Shown: positions 12,813 through 25,724, counted from the stretch's first letter. The stretch is DNA of 64,000 nt from Octopus sinensis (GCF_006345805.1 NC_042997.1:161510001-161574000), one strand, 5' to 3'. The notes: a model not told the origin generated them from the letters alone. Numbers and translations: made by a program.

Positions 12813-13160
12813 TTGATCGCATGCCTATTTCATTCCAGGATCATAAAGAAAGAAGACAAAAACAAAAAAAAAAGAAAAAGAAATGCAATCCCTTAAAATT
12901 TGAAATAGGAAGAATTTGGAGCATGAGAACAGTAAAGGTCATGCCTATAATAATTGGTACATTGGGAACAATAAGCAAAGAGACAAACAAATGGCAGAAG
13001 AAGATTGGAATAGAAATTCCTGGTTGAGGTCCTACAGAAAGTTTGTCTCTTAAGGACAGCAAAGATTATCAGGATGGTTCTAAACACTTGTGGATACCTA
13101 AGGTTACAGGTAGCAACCTGCTACCCACAGGAATAAGACAGAACCTGAATCAAACCAAAT
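12813..13160 (+). mobile_element. Short 3' end of a third R4/Dong-type family
   Basis: PLKFEIGRIWSMRTVKVMPIIIGTLGTISK...VLQKVCLLRTAKIIRMVLNT, followed by a (GAT)n(TAA)n tail. Confidence 0.75.
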
Positions 13161-13180
13161 TAATGATGATGATGATGATG

Positions 13181-13225
<45 letters not shown>

Positions 13226-13620
13226 GTAATCCTTTCTACTACAGGCACAAGGCTTGGGTTTTGTTGGGAGGGGAACAGTCAAGTCCATTGATCGAAGACA
13301 AAGTCGACCTCAGCGGAATTTGAGCTCAGAATGTAGTGACAGGTGAAACACAACAACAACAACAACAATAATAATGATAATAATAAGAATAATGACGATG
13401 ATGATAATTGATTGAAGTTTTAACACAAGCTAAGCAATTTTGAGGAGTGGGGTAAGTTGATTACATCAACCCCAGTGCTCAGTAGGTGTCTATATTATTC
13501 ACCCCAGAAGAATGAATGGCTAAGTTGACCTCAGCAATATTTGCACTTGGAACATAAAGCCAGAAGAAATGCAGCTATGTATTTTGTCTGGCATGATAAC
13601 AATTCTGTTATCTCACCACC
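13226..13620 (-). mobile_element. Two SINE family A copies between (TAA)n tracts
   Basis: AAAGTCGACCTCAGCGGAATTTGAGCTCAGAA and AAGTTGACCTCAGCAATATTTGCAC. Confidence 0.7.
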
Positions 13621-13803
13621 TAATAATAATAATAATAATAATAATATATTCTACATAAAACACACATCCTATTCTAATTAAAACACTTTCAATACAGTGA
13701 AAATAAGAGCACCACAGCTACAGCACATACCCAACGCACACAGAGCTGCACTCAGTAGTGCAGTGAAAGCACGTGATAAAAATAAGACTACTGAATGATA
13801 ATG

Positions 13804-13905
<102 letters not shown>

Positions 13906-13953
13906 GTACTAATAATAATAGTAATAATAATAATAGTAGTAATAATAATAATA

Positions 13954-15465
13954 AAGGCATTCAGAGATGAAGGAAAGGATCAGGAGAGAATGTTATCGAA
14001 GATTGAGAGCAATACTCAAGACAGAGCTGAATGCAAGAAACAGGATTGAAGCAATCAATGCATTAGCCATACCAGTTGTGACTTACAGTTTCAATATTGT
14101 TAACTGGTCAATTACTGAAATATGTCAGCTCGACAGAAAAATAAGAAAACTGTTGACAATGCATAGAATGCACCACCCTAAGGCAGATACAGAACGACTT
14201 TATCTGCCAAGAAAAAAGGGAGGCCATGGTCTTTTGCAACTGGCAATAACAATGAAGATTGCTACAATTGGCCTAGACACCTACCTGAAAAAGTCTGAGG
14301 GCTGGATGTTAAAACTTGTCTCAAAACATGAAAACAAGAAAGCATCATACTCAGTAACAAAACAGGCAAAGGAATATCTAAGTGAATTCCGAATACAACA
14401 AATTTCAGAATTAGAGACAGACATACAAGAAACAAGCACAGAAAAAGCTAGGCGCATGAAAACCCATGCCAAAACTGCGGCCTTAGATATTCTGAATAAT
14501 AAATGGCAAGAAAAACCTATCTATGGCAAATACCCAAAGAGAACGAATAATGCAGATATTGACAAAGCCCTGACCCATCAATGGCTAATGGCCTCTGGCT
14601 TAAAATCTGAAACAGAAGGGTTTATCATAGCAGCTCAAGATCAATGCCTACCAACAAGAAACTACCAGGCCAACATATTAAAGAACGGCAGTAGCCCAAC
14701 ATGTCGTGTATGCCAACAACAAAATGAAACCATTGATCATGTTGTCTCCAAATGCAGTCTTCTAGCGCCTACAGAGTACCTCAACAGGCATGATAGAGCT
14801 GCACAATATATTCACTGGGTAATTTGCAAAAACCTGGATTTGCCCCATGAAAAAAACTGGTGGGAACACAATCTACCTCCAGTGCTTGGAAATGACCACA
14901 TCTCACTCCTCTGGAACTTCACCATTCAAACTGACAGAAAGATAGATGCAAATAGGCCAGACATCATATTGAAAGACTTCAGACAAAGAACATGCCTCCT
15001 CATTGATATGACTGTCCCAATCGGTATAAACGTGTCTGTCAAGACCTACCAAAAACTGAGCAAATATAAAGATCTTGAAATAGAAATCAGCAAAATGTGG
15101 AAGCTGAAGACTAAAACAATACCTGTTGTCATAGGTGCTCTGGGAATGATAGCGAAAGGGGCTGATTGCTACCTAACTCAGATACCAGGAAACCCCAAAA
15201 TGGCAGAAATTCAAAAATTCATGGGAACTGCTCATATCCTACGCAAAATACTCTCTATGTAATCCCAAGGTTTAAAACAAACTTTTTTTTGTTTTTTTAA
15301 TTTATGTATTAGACATTCACTAGTACAACACCAAAAACAAAAAAAAAACAAATATATGGCACACTAGGCATAACAACAACGTGAACTTCCAACCTGTTGT
15401 CTCTTGATGTCTCTGAGTGAGACTTGGAGCCAACTTGTACAGACATAAAACAAAAGTCAAACATA
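13954..15465 (+). mobile_element. 5'-truncated, young-looking R4/Dong-clade LINE embedded in (TAA)n
   Basis: Open 431-aa frame to the natural stop, a ~200-bp 3' UTR, and (TAA)n on both sides (13798-13953 and 15466-15495). Confidence 0.92.
13967..15262 (+). CDS. C-terminal part of the R4/Dong ORF: RT thumb region, CCHC zinc knuckle and PD-(D/E)xK restriction-like endonuclease (5'-truncated, so probably not a natural start)
   Basis: HHPKADTERLYLPRKKGGHGL, LKSETEGFIIAAQDQCL, CRVC...TIDHVVSKC, RHD, RPDII...LIDMTVP...KLSKYKDL. Confidence 0.85.
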   Translation: MKERIRRECYRRLRAILKTELNARNRIEAINALAIPVVTYSFNIVNWSITEICQLDRKIRKLLTMHRMHHPKADTERLYLPRKKGGHGLLQLAITMKIATIGLDTYLKKSEGWMLKLVSKHENKKASYSVTKQAKEYLSEFRIQQISELETDIQETSTEKARRMKTHAKTAALDILNNKWQEKPIYGKYPKRTNNADIDKALTHQWLMASGLKSETEGFIIAAQDQCLPTRNYQANILKNGSSPTCRVCQQQNETIDHVVSKCSLLAPTEYLNRHDRAAQYIHWVICKNLDLPHEKNWWEHNLPPVLGNDHISLLWNFTIQTDRKIDANRPDIILKDFRQRTCLLIDMTVPIGINVSVKTYQKLSKYKDLEIEISKMWKLKTKTIPVVIGALGMIAKGADCYLTQIPGNPKMAEIQKFMGTAHILRKILSM

Positions 15466-15497
<32 letters not shown>

Positions 15498-16259
15498 TAC
15501 TATTCTGTCTTAAAGAATGCATCCTCAAGTGTTGCAAGAGAGAAGTTATCAAAGTCATGTTCCTATTTAATCATCGTTGGAGCCTTCAGAGAAGCAATAA
15601 AGAATTTGTAAACAAACCTTGGAAAATTTTATCTTAATCTGGGAGTAGGTGCAATGCAAAAAAACATGTTTACATGTTTATTAGGTTCAGCAAGAATTAT
15701 TGGGGAGGTTCTTCATAAAAAGTAAGAACAGTATGAAGAGCAGAAAAAAACTTTTATATAATATGTGCAAAATGTTCTTCATCCAGGCTGTGAATAATGA
15801 GCAGCAATAACTGCAACAGATTGTAGTAACAACCTCAAGTAATATATTCACACTGCAACAGGAAGCAAATTCTCCTATCATCATCATCATCGTCATCATC
15901 ACATTCATCGTTGTCGTCATCATCATCATCATTTTTAATCTAACATTCACTTTTCCATGCTTGAATGATTTGGACAGAATTCATTGAATTCTGATCTCCC
16001 TACAGCTAATTGCCCTTACTGTTGCCTCCAAGTAAGTTAATATTTCTCCATGGCTGGACATGTTGCCATGGAAGTTTGGAAGTGAAAGGCATCACTTGTA
16101 TAAAAGTAAATTGTTTGCAACTATTACACAATATGAAGACAAGGAAACACTAACACCACTGCACACACACACACACACTCACACACATACACACACTCAC
16201 ACACACACATACACATACTCACTCACTCACTCACACATACATATATATATATATAAAGA

Positions 16260-16830
16260 AGTGCCAAGCTCTAACTGTGGAGAGAGCCTGTGGAAGAGGC
16301 AGACTCAGGAAGATATGGGACGAGGTGGTGAAGCACAATTTTTGAATGTTGGGCCTAATGGAAGTGATGACAAGTAACCAAGACCTTTGGTAATATGCAG
16401 TATTTGAGAAGACTTCTCAAGCCAAATGAAAACAGAATTGTGGCCATTGCCAGTGTCATGTGGATGGCACCCATGGAAACATAATCATGGCCATTGCCAG
16501 TTGGTGATATTCAAATGCCGGATCTCATGGAGGTGATGACAAGTGACCGAAACCGTTCGCGATATGCTGTGCTTGAGAAAAATCATCAAGCCAAGTGAAA
16601 TTGTAGTCCTGGTTGTTGTGAGTGTTGTATAAATGACACCCATGGATTCATAGTCGTGGCCATTGCTAGTTTCATGTAAATGACATCATGCCAGTAACAT
16701 GTAAAGAGCACTCTCAGAGTGGTTGAGGTTAGGAAAGGGTGTGCAACCACAGAAACCATGTCTAATCAGACTGGATCCTGGTGCAACTCTCCGACTTATC
16801 AGTTCCAGTCAAGCCATCTCTGTCATCTAC
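16260..16830 (+). mobile_element. RTE 3' region with a tandem ~165-bp subrepeat in the UTR
   Basis: CGESLWKRQTQEDMGRGGEAQ-like end, two copies of GATGACAAGT...TGAGAA...TCAAGCCAA...GGCCATTGC, then the RTE tail. Confidence 0.65.
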
Positions 16831-16906
16831 TATAGCCTGAAGCTGACCATAACCTTGTGAGTAGATTTGGTAGACAGAAACTGAAAGAAGCCTGTCATGT
16901 GTGTGT

Positions 16907-16956
<50 letters not shown>

Positions 16957-18559
16957 TGAGTGTATGTGTGTCTGTGTAAGTGTGTGTTGTTGTTGTGTCC
17001 GTGTTTGTCCCTACCCCTGCTTAACAACTTTCCAAAGCCTCCCCAAAACATACAGAGGCCATCATATTCAAATGACATCACTATTTACAAACACTAAACA
17101 AACACCAAAAACATTGGTGGTATAAGTCACAAAGTTAGCTCTAACACATGCAAAACAAGTAAATATCAAACACAAAACCTAAACTCTGCAACACTTACAG
17201 AATACTGACCAAAAAACTGATACAGAACAACAGTAGGAAAATATAAATAACAGGATATATAAAGCAGATATACAAATATAAAATTCTAAAAGTGGGAATC
17301 ATGAATATGACATTCTAAACATAACAGTAATTAAGGAATTAAAAACAATAGATCTCTCTATGATGCAATGGAAGTGCCTCACAAGGATAAAACTCAACTA
17401 TGAAATAGCAACAACATTAAAAAGTCAATAACATGGTCATAAAAATCAAATGTAAACAGAAAAGAACTATATCATGATACCACTAGATTAACTGTGATGA
17501 TGTATGAATAAAACCTCAATACTGCTGTCCACTCACTTGAGAGGTTTTGGCCTGTGAGTTACTTGATGGGCTCACTAGTGCCAGCACTATCTAAAAAACA
17601 CCCTGTACACTGTGTAAAGTGGTTGGTATTAGGAAGAGCACCCAATCATTGAAATCATGCCAAAGCAGACATTGGAGTTTCACACAGTCCTCTGGCTCAC
17701 TAGCTCTAGTCAATCTATCCAACCCATGCCAGCATGAAAAATAGACATTAAATGATGATAATGCAAAGTAAAGTGAATGCCCCAGAAAATGAACAAAACC
17801 CAGGCAACAACATCGAAACGAAAATTACAGAAAAATAGAGAAAATATGAGTGATGATCTCTTAATATTTAATGAATAGAATAGTAAAAAACATGACTAAG
17901 AAAATGGAAGCGAGAAGAGAAACACCAAGAACCATAAACCTTGAAGCAAGAGATCAATGCTAAGAAATGAATCTGTTGAAATGAAAAATATTAATGATCT
18001 TTAAAAACAACAAACAGTTCATAATATTTTGTCAAGAACTAGAGGAAGAAGAAATAGAAATTAATGCAGCATCAACAACAAGAGGAATCACATAGACAGG
18101 GGATTCAACGTTAATCAACTGAATATTGGGTTGTTGTTGTTAAGTACTGCCAAGAGAAGCACCTTCTAATACATACAATTATCAGAGCTAACAGACAATA
18201 ATGTATTTCTAAAATAAATGGTAAAATCTAAATCAAATATTAAGATTTAGAAATCAAGTTAACCAGAATGTAGGCACTGAAACAGAAACAATCTCTATTG
18301 TAATAAGTGACTTGGAAATGAGTGAAAAATTATGCAAACAAATATATGGGCAAACCTTCACGATTTACAAATGTACACTACATACAATAGCTCTGCTAAG
18401 TATTGCAAACATATTATATAGAGTAATGTGTGATATTTCAATAGAATAGAAAATATGAATTCACAGTAAAACTAGCACATTGCTGTGTTTGGTAACACTA
18501 TGAAAACAACCAATAGAGATAGGTTTAATGAAAGACAATAATGATTTCTAACAAAAGGC

Positions 18560-18775
18560 ATCAAGGTAACTGAATTGTTAACATGCCAGGCAAAATGCTT
18601 AGCAGCATTTTATCCATCTTTACATTCTGGGTTCAAATTCTGCCGGGGTCTACTTTGCCTTTCATTTTTTTCAGGGCCAATCAAATAAGAACAAGTTGAG
18701 CACTGGAGTTGATTTAATTGACTTAGCCACTCTACCAAAATTACCTGGTGCCAAATTTGAAATCAATAATTTCTA
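18560..18775 (+). mobile_element. SINE family A copy
   Basis: AAAATGCTTAGCAGCATT...GGGTTCAAATTCTGCCGGGG...CTTTCAT. Confidence 0.75.
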
Positions 18776-19380
18776 ACAGAATTTCCTTTCCAACCACATT
18801 TTCTTTGATTCAATCCCACTGTACATCACCATGAGGATGTTTCTTCTATAGTAATCTTACATTGACTAAATACTTCTGAGTGAAATTTAATATACAAAAT
18901 CTATGAAAAAGTCCAATATATAATAATATATAAGAATATTCCAACACAAACAGAAAGTTTAATTTGATGCTTAATATCTCTGCTTCTTGAGGATAGTCAC
19001 AGAATTTGGTAGGCTAGCAATGGTCTAGCTTCTCAATTTTTATTCTGTATTTCATAATGCATTTTTATATATCACACTAATAGACACAGTGGTTAGCCTT
19101 TGTGCTGTTGTTGTTGTTGCTGCTGCTGTTGTTGTTCAATGCCAAGTTACTGACAATATACATCACCTTGAATTAAATGTTTTTTTTTTCTTTTTAAAAT
19201 TTACACATAGTACCAACATATATACTACTTAATCATACTTGCCAACAATATTATAAATGCATTTAGTTTTAACAGCAGCTATGTACTATATTACATTACC
19301 GATGGGTTGTATGATTTATGATGTATCAAAATGAAGCATTCCCTCATTTGTTTTTACTAAATCAGGAAAGATAAGTTAAG

Positions 19381-19962
19381 TTTTTATAATTTTTTATGTA
19401 TAATTATAATTGTTGAAATTGCAATATAATGGTAAATTTTGTAACTGAATCATGTGATCATCATCATCATTTAATGTATGTTGTCCATGCTGGCATGGGT
19501 TGGATGACTTGACCAGAACTGACAAGCTGAGGGGCTGCACCAGACTCCAGTCTGAGTTGGCATGGTTTCTATGGGTTGATGCCCTTCCTAATGCAACCAC
19601 TCCAAGAGTGTAATGGATGCTTTTACATGTCACCAGCACGTGCCAGTTATGTGACATTAGTATCTTCCATGACCACAATTTCACTTGGCATGATGAGTTT
19701 TCTCAAGCAAGGCATATTACCAAAGGTCTTGGTCATTTGTCATTGCCTCCATGAGAAGTCTGCTAGGCATGGCTGTGTGGTATGTTTGCTTTCTAGCCAC
19801 ATGATTTTTCAGATTCAATCTCACTAAATGGCACCTTTTTTATAATTTTTTATGTATAATTATAATTGTTGAAATTGCAATATAATGGTAAATTTTGTAA
19901 CTGAATCATGTGATCATCATCATCATTTAATGTATGTTGTCCATGCTGGCATGGGTTGGATG
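19381..19962. repeat. Perfect 126-bp direct repeat (19381-19506 and 19837-19962) bracketing a minus-strand RTE tail
   Basis: Identical string TTTTTATAATTTTTTATGTATAA...CATGCTGGCATGGGTTGGATG at both positions. Confidence 0.9.
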
Positions 19963-20125
19963 CCAGCAGATCTCCCAAGGATACAGACTCTGATGTTAAA
20001 GTCATGTGATTTGTTGAAACAGGGATAGTGATGTGTTAAATATTTATAAATTCCATCCTAGAATTATTATTATTATATATGTATATATATGCATGTGTGT
20101 GTGTGAATGTATGTATGTGTATATA

Positions 20126-21742
20126 CAGTTGCGGCCAAAATGTTCAGAACGGCATTGTTTTCGTCAGAAAAGTAGGTATAAGTTTTTATCAAAGTTGTTT
20201 TATATTCTACAATTTTCACAGACAACAAATACAATGTTAATTGTTATTGTCTGAGATTTTGGTGTAATTTGAGAGGATAATACAAAAGTTATGGATGATT
20301 TAGTGATTGACTGCAAAACCCATGGCGGCCAAAATGATCAGAACGGTTGAAAAAATAACAAAATAATCAAAAATGACAGAGAATACTGGAATTATTTAAT
20401 ATTTAGTGTGAAGCCCTTTAGCTTCAATCACACTTTGACATCTTCGACTGCATGAGGAAATTAAATTTTCAATTTCTTGCTGGGTGATCTTATTCCATTC
20501 TTCCTGAAGGGCATTCCATAATTGCTCAGTTGTTTTAGGATTTCTGGCTTTCGAACGTTCTCCTAGAATATTCCACACATTTTCAATAGGATTGAGATCT
20601 GGGCTTTGAGCTGGCCAATCCATAACAATAACCTTTTCAGCCTTGAGGAAGTTCATGACCACCTTAGCCTTGTGACATGGGGCATTGTCCTGCATGAATA
20701 TGAGTGGTCGCTTAGTTGAATTTCTCAGCACAGGCAAGGCATGATCTTTTACAAGTTGTTTATAAACTCCTGCATTTAACTTTCCATGTAATCGCACCAA
20801 AGGGCCAACACCATCTCCAGATATCATTTCCCAAACCATGACACTTCCTCCACCGAATTTAACACTAGTCTTAAGGCATTTAGGCAACAATTTTTCACCT
20901 ACTTTCCTATGAACGTACCTTTTCCCATCTGAGCCAAATAGCATAAACTTAGATTCATCACTGAAATGCACTGTTTGCCATTTTTCTTGAGACCACAACA
21001 CATGTTCGGTTGCAAAGGTAAGACAACACTTTTTATACTTGGAGCTGATCAGTGGCTTCACTGCAGGTGCTCTTGCTTGTAGGTCATGTTCAACTAAATG
21101 ACGAGACACAGTTTTTTGAGATAAAGTTTTCTTCAATACAATGCTCATTTTCCGAGAAACAGCAGCAGCAGTTTTAAATCTGTCCTTTTTAACCAACTTT
21201 ACCATAGCACGATCTTCTTTCTTGGTCGTTTTTCTTGGCCTACCTGTAAACTTTCTTGCTTCACATGAACCACAATCATCGTAGGCCTTAAGAATACCGT
21301 GTACACTTTTTGACTTGTTAACAATCTTTGCAATAGATCCAATATTTAAATTATCCTTCCTTCGAAGCTTAATAATCTGCTGATGAATTGGTAATGGAGT
21401 AAGTGGCATTATATTAACAAAGTACACTGCAAATATTCTTACTAATGGTTAGTAAACGAACCGTCACGTAAACAAATTCAAAACATTAGAGTTCGCCGGT
21501 TAAATATACTAAAACACGGAGTAAAAGCAACCGTTCTGATCATGTGGGTTTTACAGTAAATCACTAAATCATCCATAACTTTTGTATTATCCTCTCAAAT
21601 TACACCAAAATCTCAGGCAATAACAAATAATATCGTATTTATTGTCTGTGAAAATTATAGAATATAAAACAACTTTGATAAAAAATTATATCTAACTTTT
21701 CTGACGAAAACAATGCTGTTCTGAACATTTTGGCCGCAACTG
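20126..21742 (-). mobile_element. Full-length Tc1-family DNA transposon (1617 bp) with ~220-bp IR/DR-type terminal inverted repeats and TA TSD
   Basis: TA|CAGTTGCGGCCAAAATGTTCAGAAC...GTTCTGAACATTTTGGCCGCAACTG|TA. The inverted repeats extend about 220 bp, with an inner direct repeat GCGGCCAAAATGATCAGAACGG near 20325. Confidence 0.96.
20396..21409 (-). CDS. Tc1-like DD34E transposase, 337 aa, uninterrupted
   Basis: GRPRKTT, FSDESKF, VKFGGGSVMVW, FMQDNAPCH, DWPAQSPDLNPIENVW. Counted 34 residues between the second D and the E. Likely start MPLTPLP at 21409. Confidence 0.92.
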   Translation of the reverse strand: MPLTPLPIHQQIIKLRRKDNLNIGSIAKIVNKSKSVHGILKAYDDCGSCEARKFTGRPRKTTKKEDRAMVKLVKKDRFKTAAAVSRKMSIVLKKTLSQKTVSRHLVEHDLQARAPAVKPLISSKYKKCCLTFATEHVLWSQEKWQTVHFSDESKFMLFGSDGKRYVHRKVGEKLLPKCLKTSVKFGGGSVMVWEMISGDGVGPLVRLHGKLNAGVYKQLVKDHALPVLRNSTKRPLIFMQDNAPCHKAKVVMNFLKAEKVIVMDWPAQSPDLNPIENVWNILGERSKARNPKTTEQLWNALQEEWNKITQQEIENLISSCSRRCQSVIEAKGLHTKY

Positions 21743-21785
21743 TATATATGTATATATATATGTGTGTATATATATATATATATAT

Positions 21786-21879
<94 letters not shown>

Positions 21880-23310
21880 GTATATATAAACACACACACA
21901 TACACTTGTCTTCTTTTGGATTTTGTCTACAAAATCGTTCTGGAGGCTATAATAGCAGACACTGTCCAAGGCGCCATACAGTGGAACTGAATCAAAAGCC
22001 ATGTGTTTGGGATGCAAACTTCTTAATCACATAGCCTACAAATATATACATATGCTAATAAAAATGTGTGTGTGTATACACACACATATACATACATATA
22101 CATACATATACATACATATACATACATATACATACATTTATGTATATATCATTCAACCATGCAGCCTCTTCAAAACTTTGTCACTACCTCATTTCTCAAC
22201 CAAGTTCAAAACTGTTAACAGTTTTAGAATAGTCACCTCCCAAGCTACATTTTGGCATAAAAATATTGAAATTTGGTTCAGTGGAAATGTTACGGTAAAA
22301 TATGTGAAGTCCAAAAGGGGAGATTAAGGCAAATCAACTTTGAATCAAAGTAACTTACATATTTTGAAAGCAAACTATGAGACACTTCAAATACTAGAAA
22401 TAACAGCATTACACTGCCAAAAAGTCTTAGTTATAAAATATATAACTCCCCAAAATTTTTTAATTTTAAAAATCAAAAAAAATATTTTTAATTAAAAAAA
22501 TCCCCAAAACGGGTGCATATATGCATGATAAAAAAAAAATTACAAAAAACAAAAAATATATGAATGGTTTGAATCAAATAAGTGCATTTTTTTTCTTTTT
22601 GTTTCTTTCAGTAACTGATTAATGGTTGAATGCTTAATTAAACTTACAATTATAATTCTCATAATTAATTAACATTTTAGCTTGAATGACTCTTTGATTG
22701 ACTAATATATTGATTGTTTATATTTTGCATTTAGGTAGTTTGAATCAATATTTAGCATTTCCAGCACAGTAACTTGTGTTTTTTTGACTACTACAATGGA
22801 TAAAAATTGTAGATTTATTTGTTTGTTTATATATTTATTTGTTTATTTTTGGCATGATCTAAAAAAACTAACACTTATTTACAACTTTTTTAATATGTTG
22901 GCAATCTAACACTGCTTGAAGTCCAACATCAAGTTGTAAATACACACCACCTTTTTAGCATAAATCTATTTCTATCAATTTATTCTAATAATTTTCTCTA
23001 CAAAGGTAGTGGGTGCCCTGCCATGCGAGCATGGTTCCACATGCTGTAGGGTGGATGCATTCGCTCATTTTGTAATCTTAGTTACAATTTTTGATTTTAT
23101 CATGGGCCATTGCTCTTACAATTCATTTTTTATTTATTTAGATTAAAACTTATTTTTATCTTAATTCAATCATCAAACATGAAAAATAACTGAAAATTAT
23201 TTAACAAAAGTATTAAATAAAATCAAAAATTTTTAATCAAGTAAAATTATGAATTATTAATTGTTCTTATTTATTAATTTAATTGCATTGACTGGAAAAA
23301 AAGTGAATTA

Positions 23311-24224
23311 CAATGAAAAGTGCGGACACATGGAGGTTAATATTCTTAAGTTATTAAACCTGGAAAAGTACAGAACAAGCATATTGATACCTAAAATATT
23401 GCAGCTATAGTTATTTAGATTTAAAAATTAAAAATAATAGTTTTTATTAGCTACTCTATAATTAAAAAAATTAACTCAATAAATTTAAGGCTAACTGATA
23501 GCAAGAATTAAAAAAATTTCAATAGTCTCATTAAAAATGTTTTTTTCAGTTACAAGTTTTTAAATACTCCCATATCTGTACAGAGTGGGTATATTGAGGG
23601 ATTTATGTCCCTGAAATCACATACCATATGAGCTGTGTAGCCCCTCGGCAAGAAAAATTTTTTATATGGTAAACTACCCTCCCCCTCCCCCCATCACCTC
23701 AAGCAAAAAATTTAATTAGGAAGAGTACCCCACTCTCCTGAAAATATCACTGTACTCTCCCCTAAGCCTCAACCCTACCATGAAGGTATCAATTGAACTT
23801 GCCTCTTTTGAAATTTCCAGACAACCAGTCTTGTGGTGTCTTTATCAATGAATTATAGTGTGCCAATTTTTATCAAAAAGATGAACGAAAATAGAATTTC
23901 AATTGAATTCTACTTTTAGTAGTTCTTAAAAACTTGCAATTGAAAAAACATTTCTAATGGAGCTATTGAAAATTTTTTTTATCTTTTGCTAACAGCTAGC
24001 CTTAAATTTATTATTTGGCTTAATTTTATAATTATAGAGTAGCTAATAAAAGCTATTATTTTTAGTTTTTAAATCTAATTATATTTTAAGATTTTAACTA
24101 TAGCTGCAATATTCTAAGTACAAATAAGCTTGTACTGTTTTTTCCAGGTGTAATAAGTTGTCCTGTACTTTTCCAGATTTAATAACTTAGGAATATTAAC
24201 CATTATGTGTCCACCTTTTCATTG
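23311..24224. mobile_element. MITE-like element (~914 bp) with ~260-300-bp diverged terminal inverted repeats
   Basis: CAATGAAAAG...GTTAATATTC..AAGTTATTAAA.CTGGAAAAGTACAG at the left end is mirrored by CTGTACTTTTCCAG.TTTAATAACTT..GAATATTAAC...CTTTTCATTG at the right. Left flank TA, right flank TG. Confidence 0.75.
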
Positions 24225-24249
24225 TGTATGTATATATATACATACATAT

Positions 24250-24349
<100 letters not shown>

Positions 24350-24352
24350 TAA

Positions 24353-24647
24353 AAAAAAACACCTTTTATCAATTCAAAATGAACAATTAAATTACACCAT
24401 CTAGAAAATTACATATAACAGAAATATTAAAAATAAAATAACAATAATATACCAATGATTAAGGAAATTGCAAAATAATAATAAAAACGTATATATCTAC
24501 CAAATATATACGTTTTTATTATTATTTTGCAATTTCTTTAATCATTGGTATATTATTGTTATTTTCTTTTTAATATTTCTGTTATATATAATTTTCTAGA
24601 TGGTGTAATTTAATTGTTCTTTTTGAATTGATAAAAGGTGTTTTTTT
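24353..24647. repeat. Near-perfect palindrome: 144-bp arms, 7-nt loop, 4 mismatches
   Basis: Arms 24353-24496 and 24504-24647, loop CTACCAA, compared base by base. Confidence 0.95.
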
Positions 24648-25019
24648 CTAATTTTTATATATACATATAGTATATTTTGTGAAATTTGATTTAGTATTTC
24701 TAAATTGAATTTTTCCCTGTAAGTTAGGAATAATATTCCCTCAAATAATTATTATATATATGTATATATATATATGTACTATTTTTCATTCTCATTCAAG
24801 ATAGAAACAATTGCCAATGTTTCATGTAATAGGTTTGATAATTGTTGAGAGATTTCTCTTGGCATGAAACCAATGATAGCCTTGTTAACCCACAAATAAC
24901 AAATATTTATCTATCAATGTAGTGTTGAGCACTCATTATCACTGTTCAGTATTAGAGTATATATATATATACATACAAACAAATATATATGTATATTTGT
25001 ATATATATGTATTTGTATG

Positions 25020-25060
<41 letters not shown>

Positions 25061-25070
25061 GTGTATGTAT

Positions 25071-25108
<38 letters not shown>

Positions 25109-25630
25109 GTGTATGTATATACATGTGTGTGTATTATTCATTTTATATATATATATACATTTGGTAGAAATAAAACACATAAGTATAACAGGGGAAGTTT
25201 ATGAGGTAAAGAAGAAGGTGCAGACATATGAAGTTAGACATGTAAGATATATGGTGGAAAATGCTAGGAAAATTTTTTTAAAAAACAATAACAATCAAAG
25301 AGTATGTAACATGAAAATAAATATGCCAAATAAAAACAGAAAAGAGAATCTAATGTTTTCAGTAATCTCTTTTATCAAAGAAAAGGAAGAATTTAAAGGA
25401 GGAGGAAAAGAAAGGGGAATGATAACCAAATTTACAGCATCTGTTTACATCACTAGTCTGGGCTATATGTATAAGCACATGCATATAATTATATTCCTAA
25501 TCATATAAATATACCTGTTTGTGTGTGTGCCTGTGTGCACATACATACATACATACATATATATATAAATATACAGATATCTATCTATCTATTTCTCTCT
25601 CTTTATATATATATATTATATATATATATA

Positions 25631-25724
<94 letters not shown>

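Noticed and set aside
22850-23080. PCEHGSTC (EGF-like) on the plus strand, or LAWQGTH/DVGL (piggyBac C-terminus-like) on the minus strand
   Set aside because: Only a few residues match in either reading, the remaining cysteines are missing, and no TTAA ends were found.
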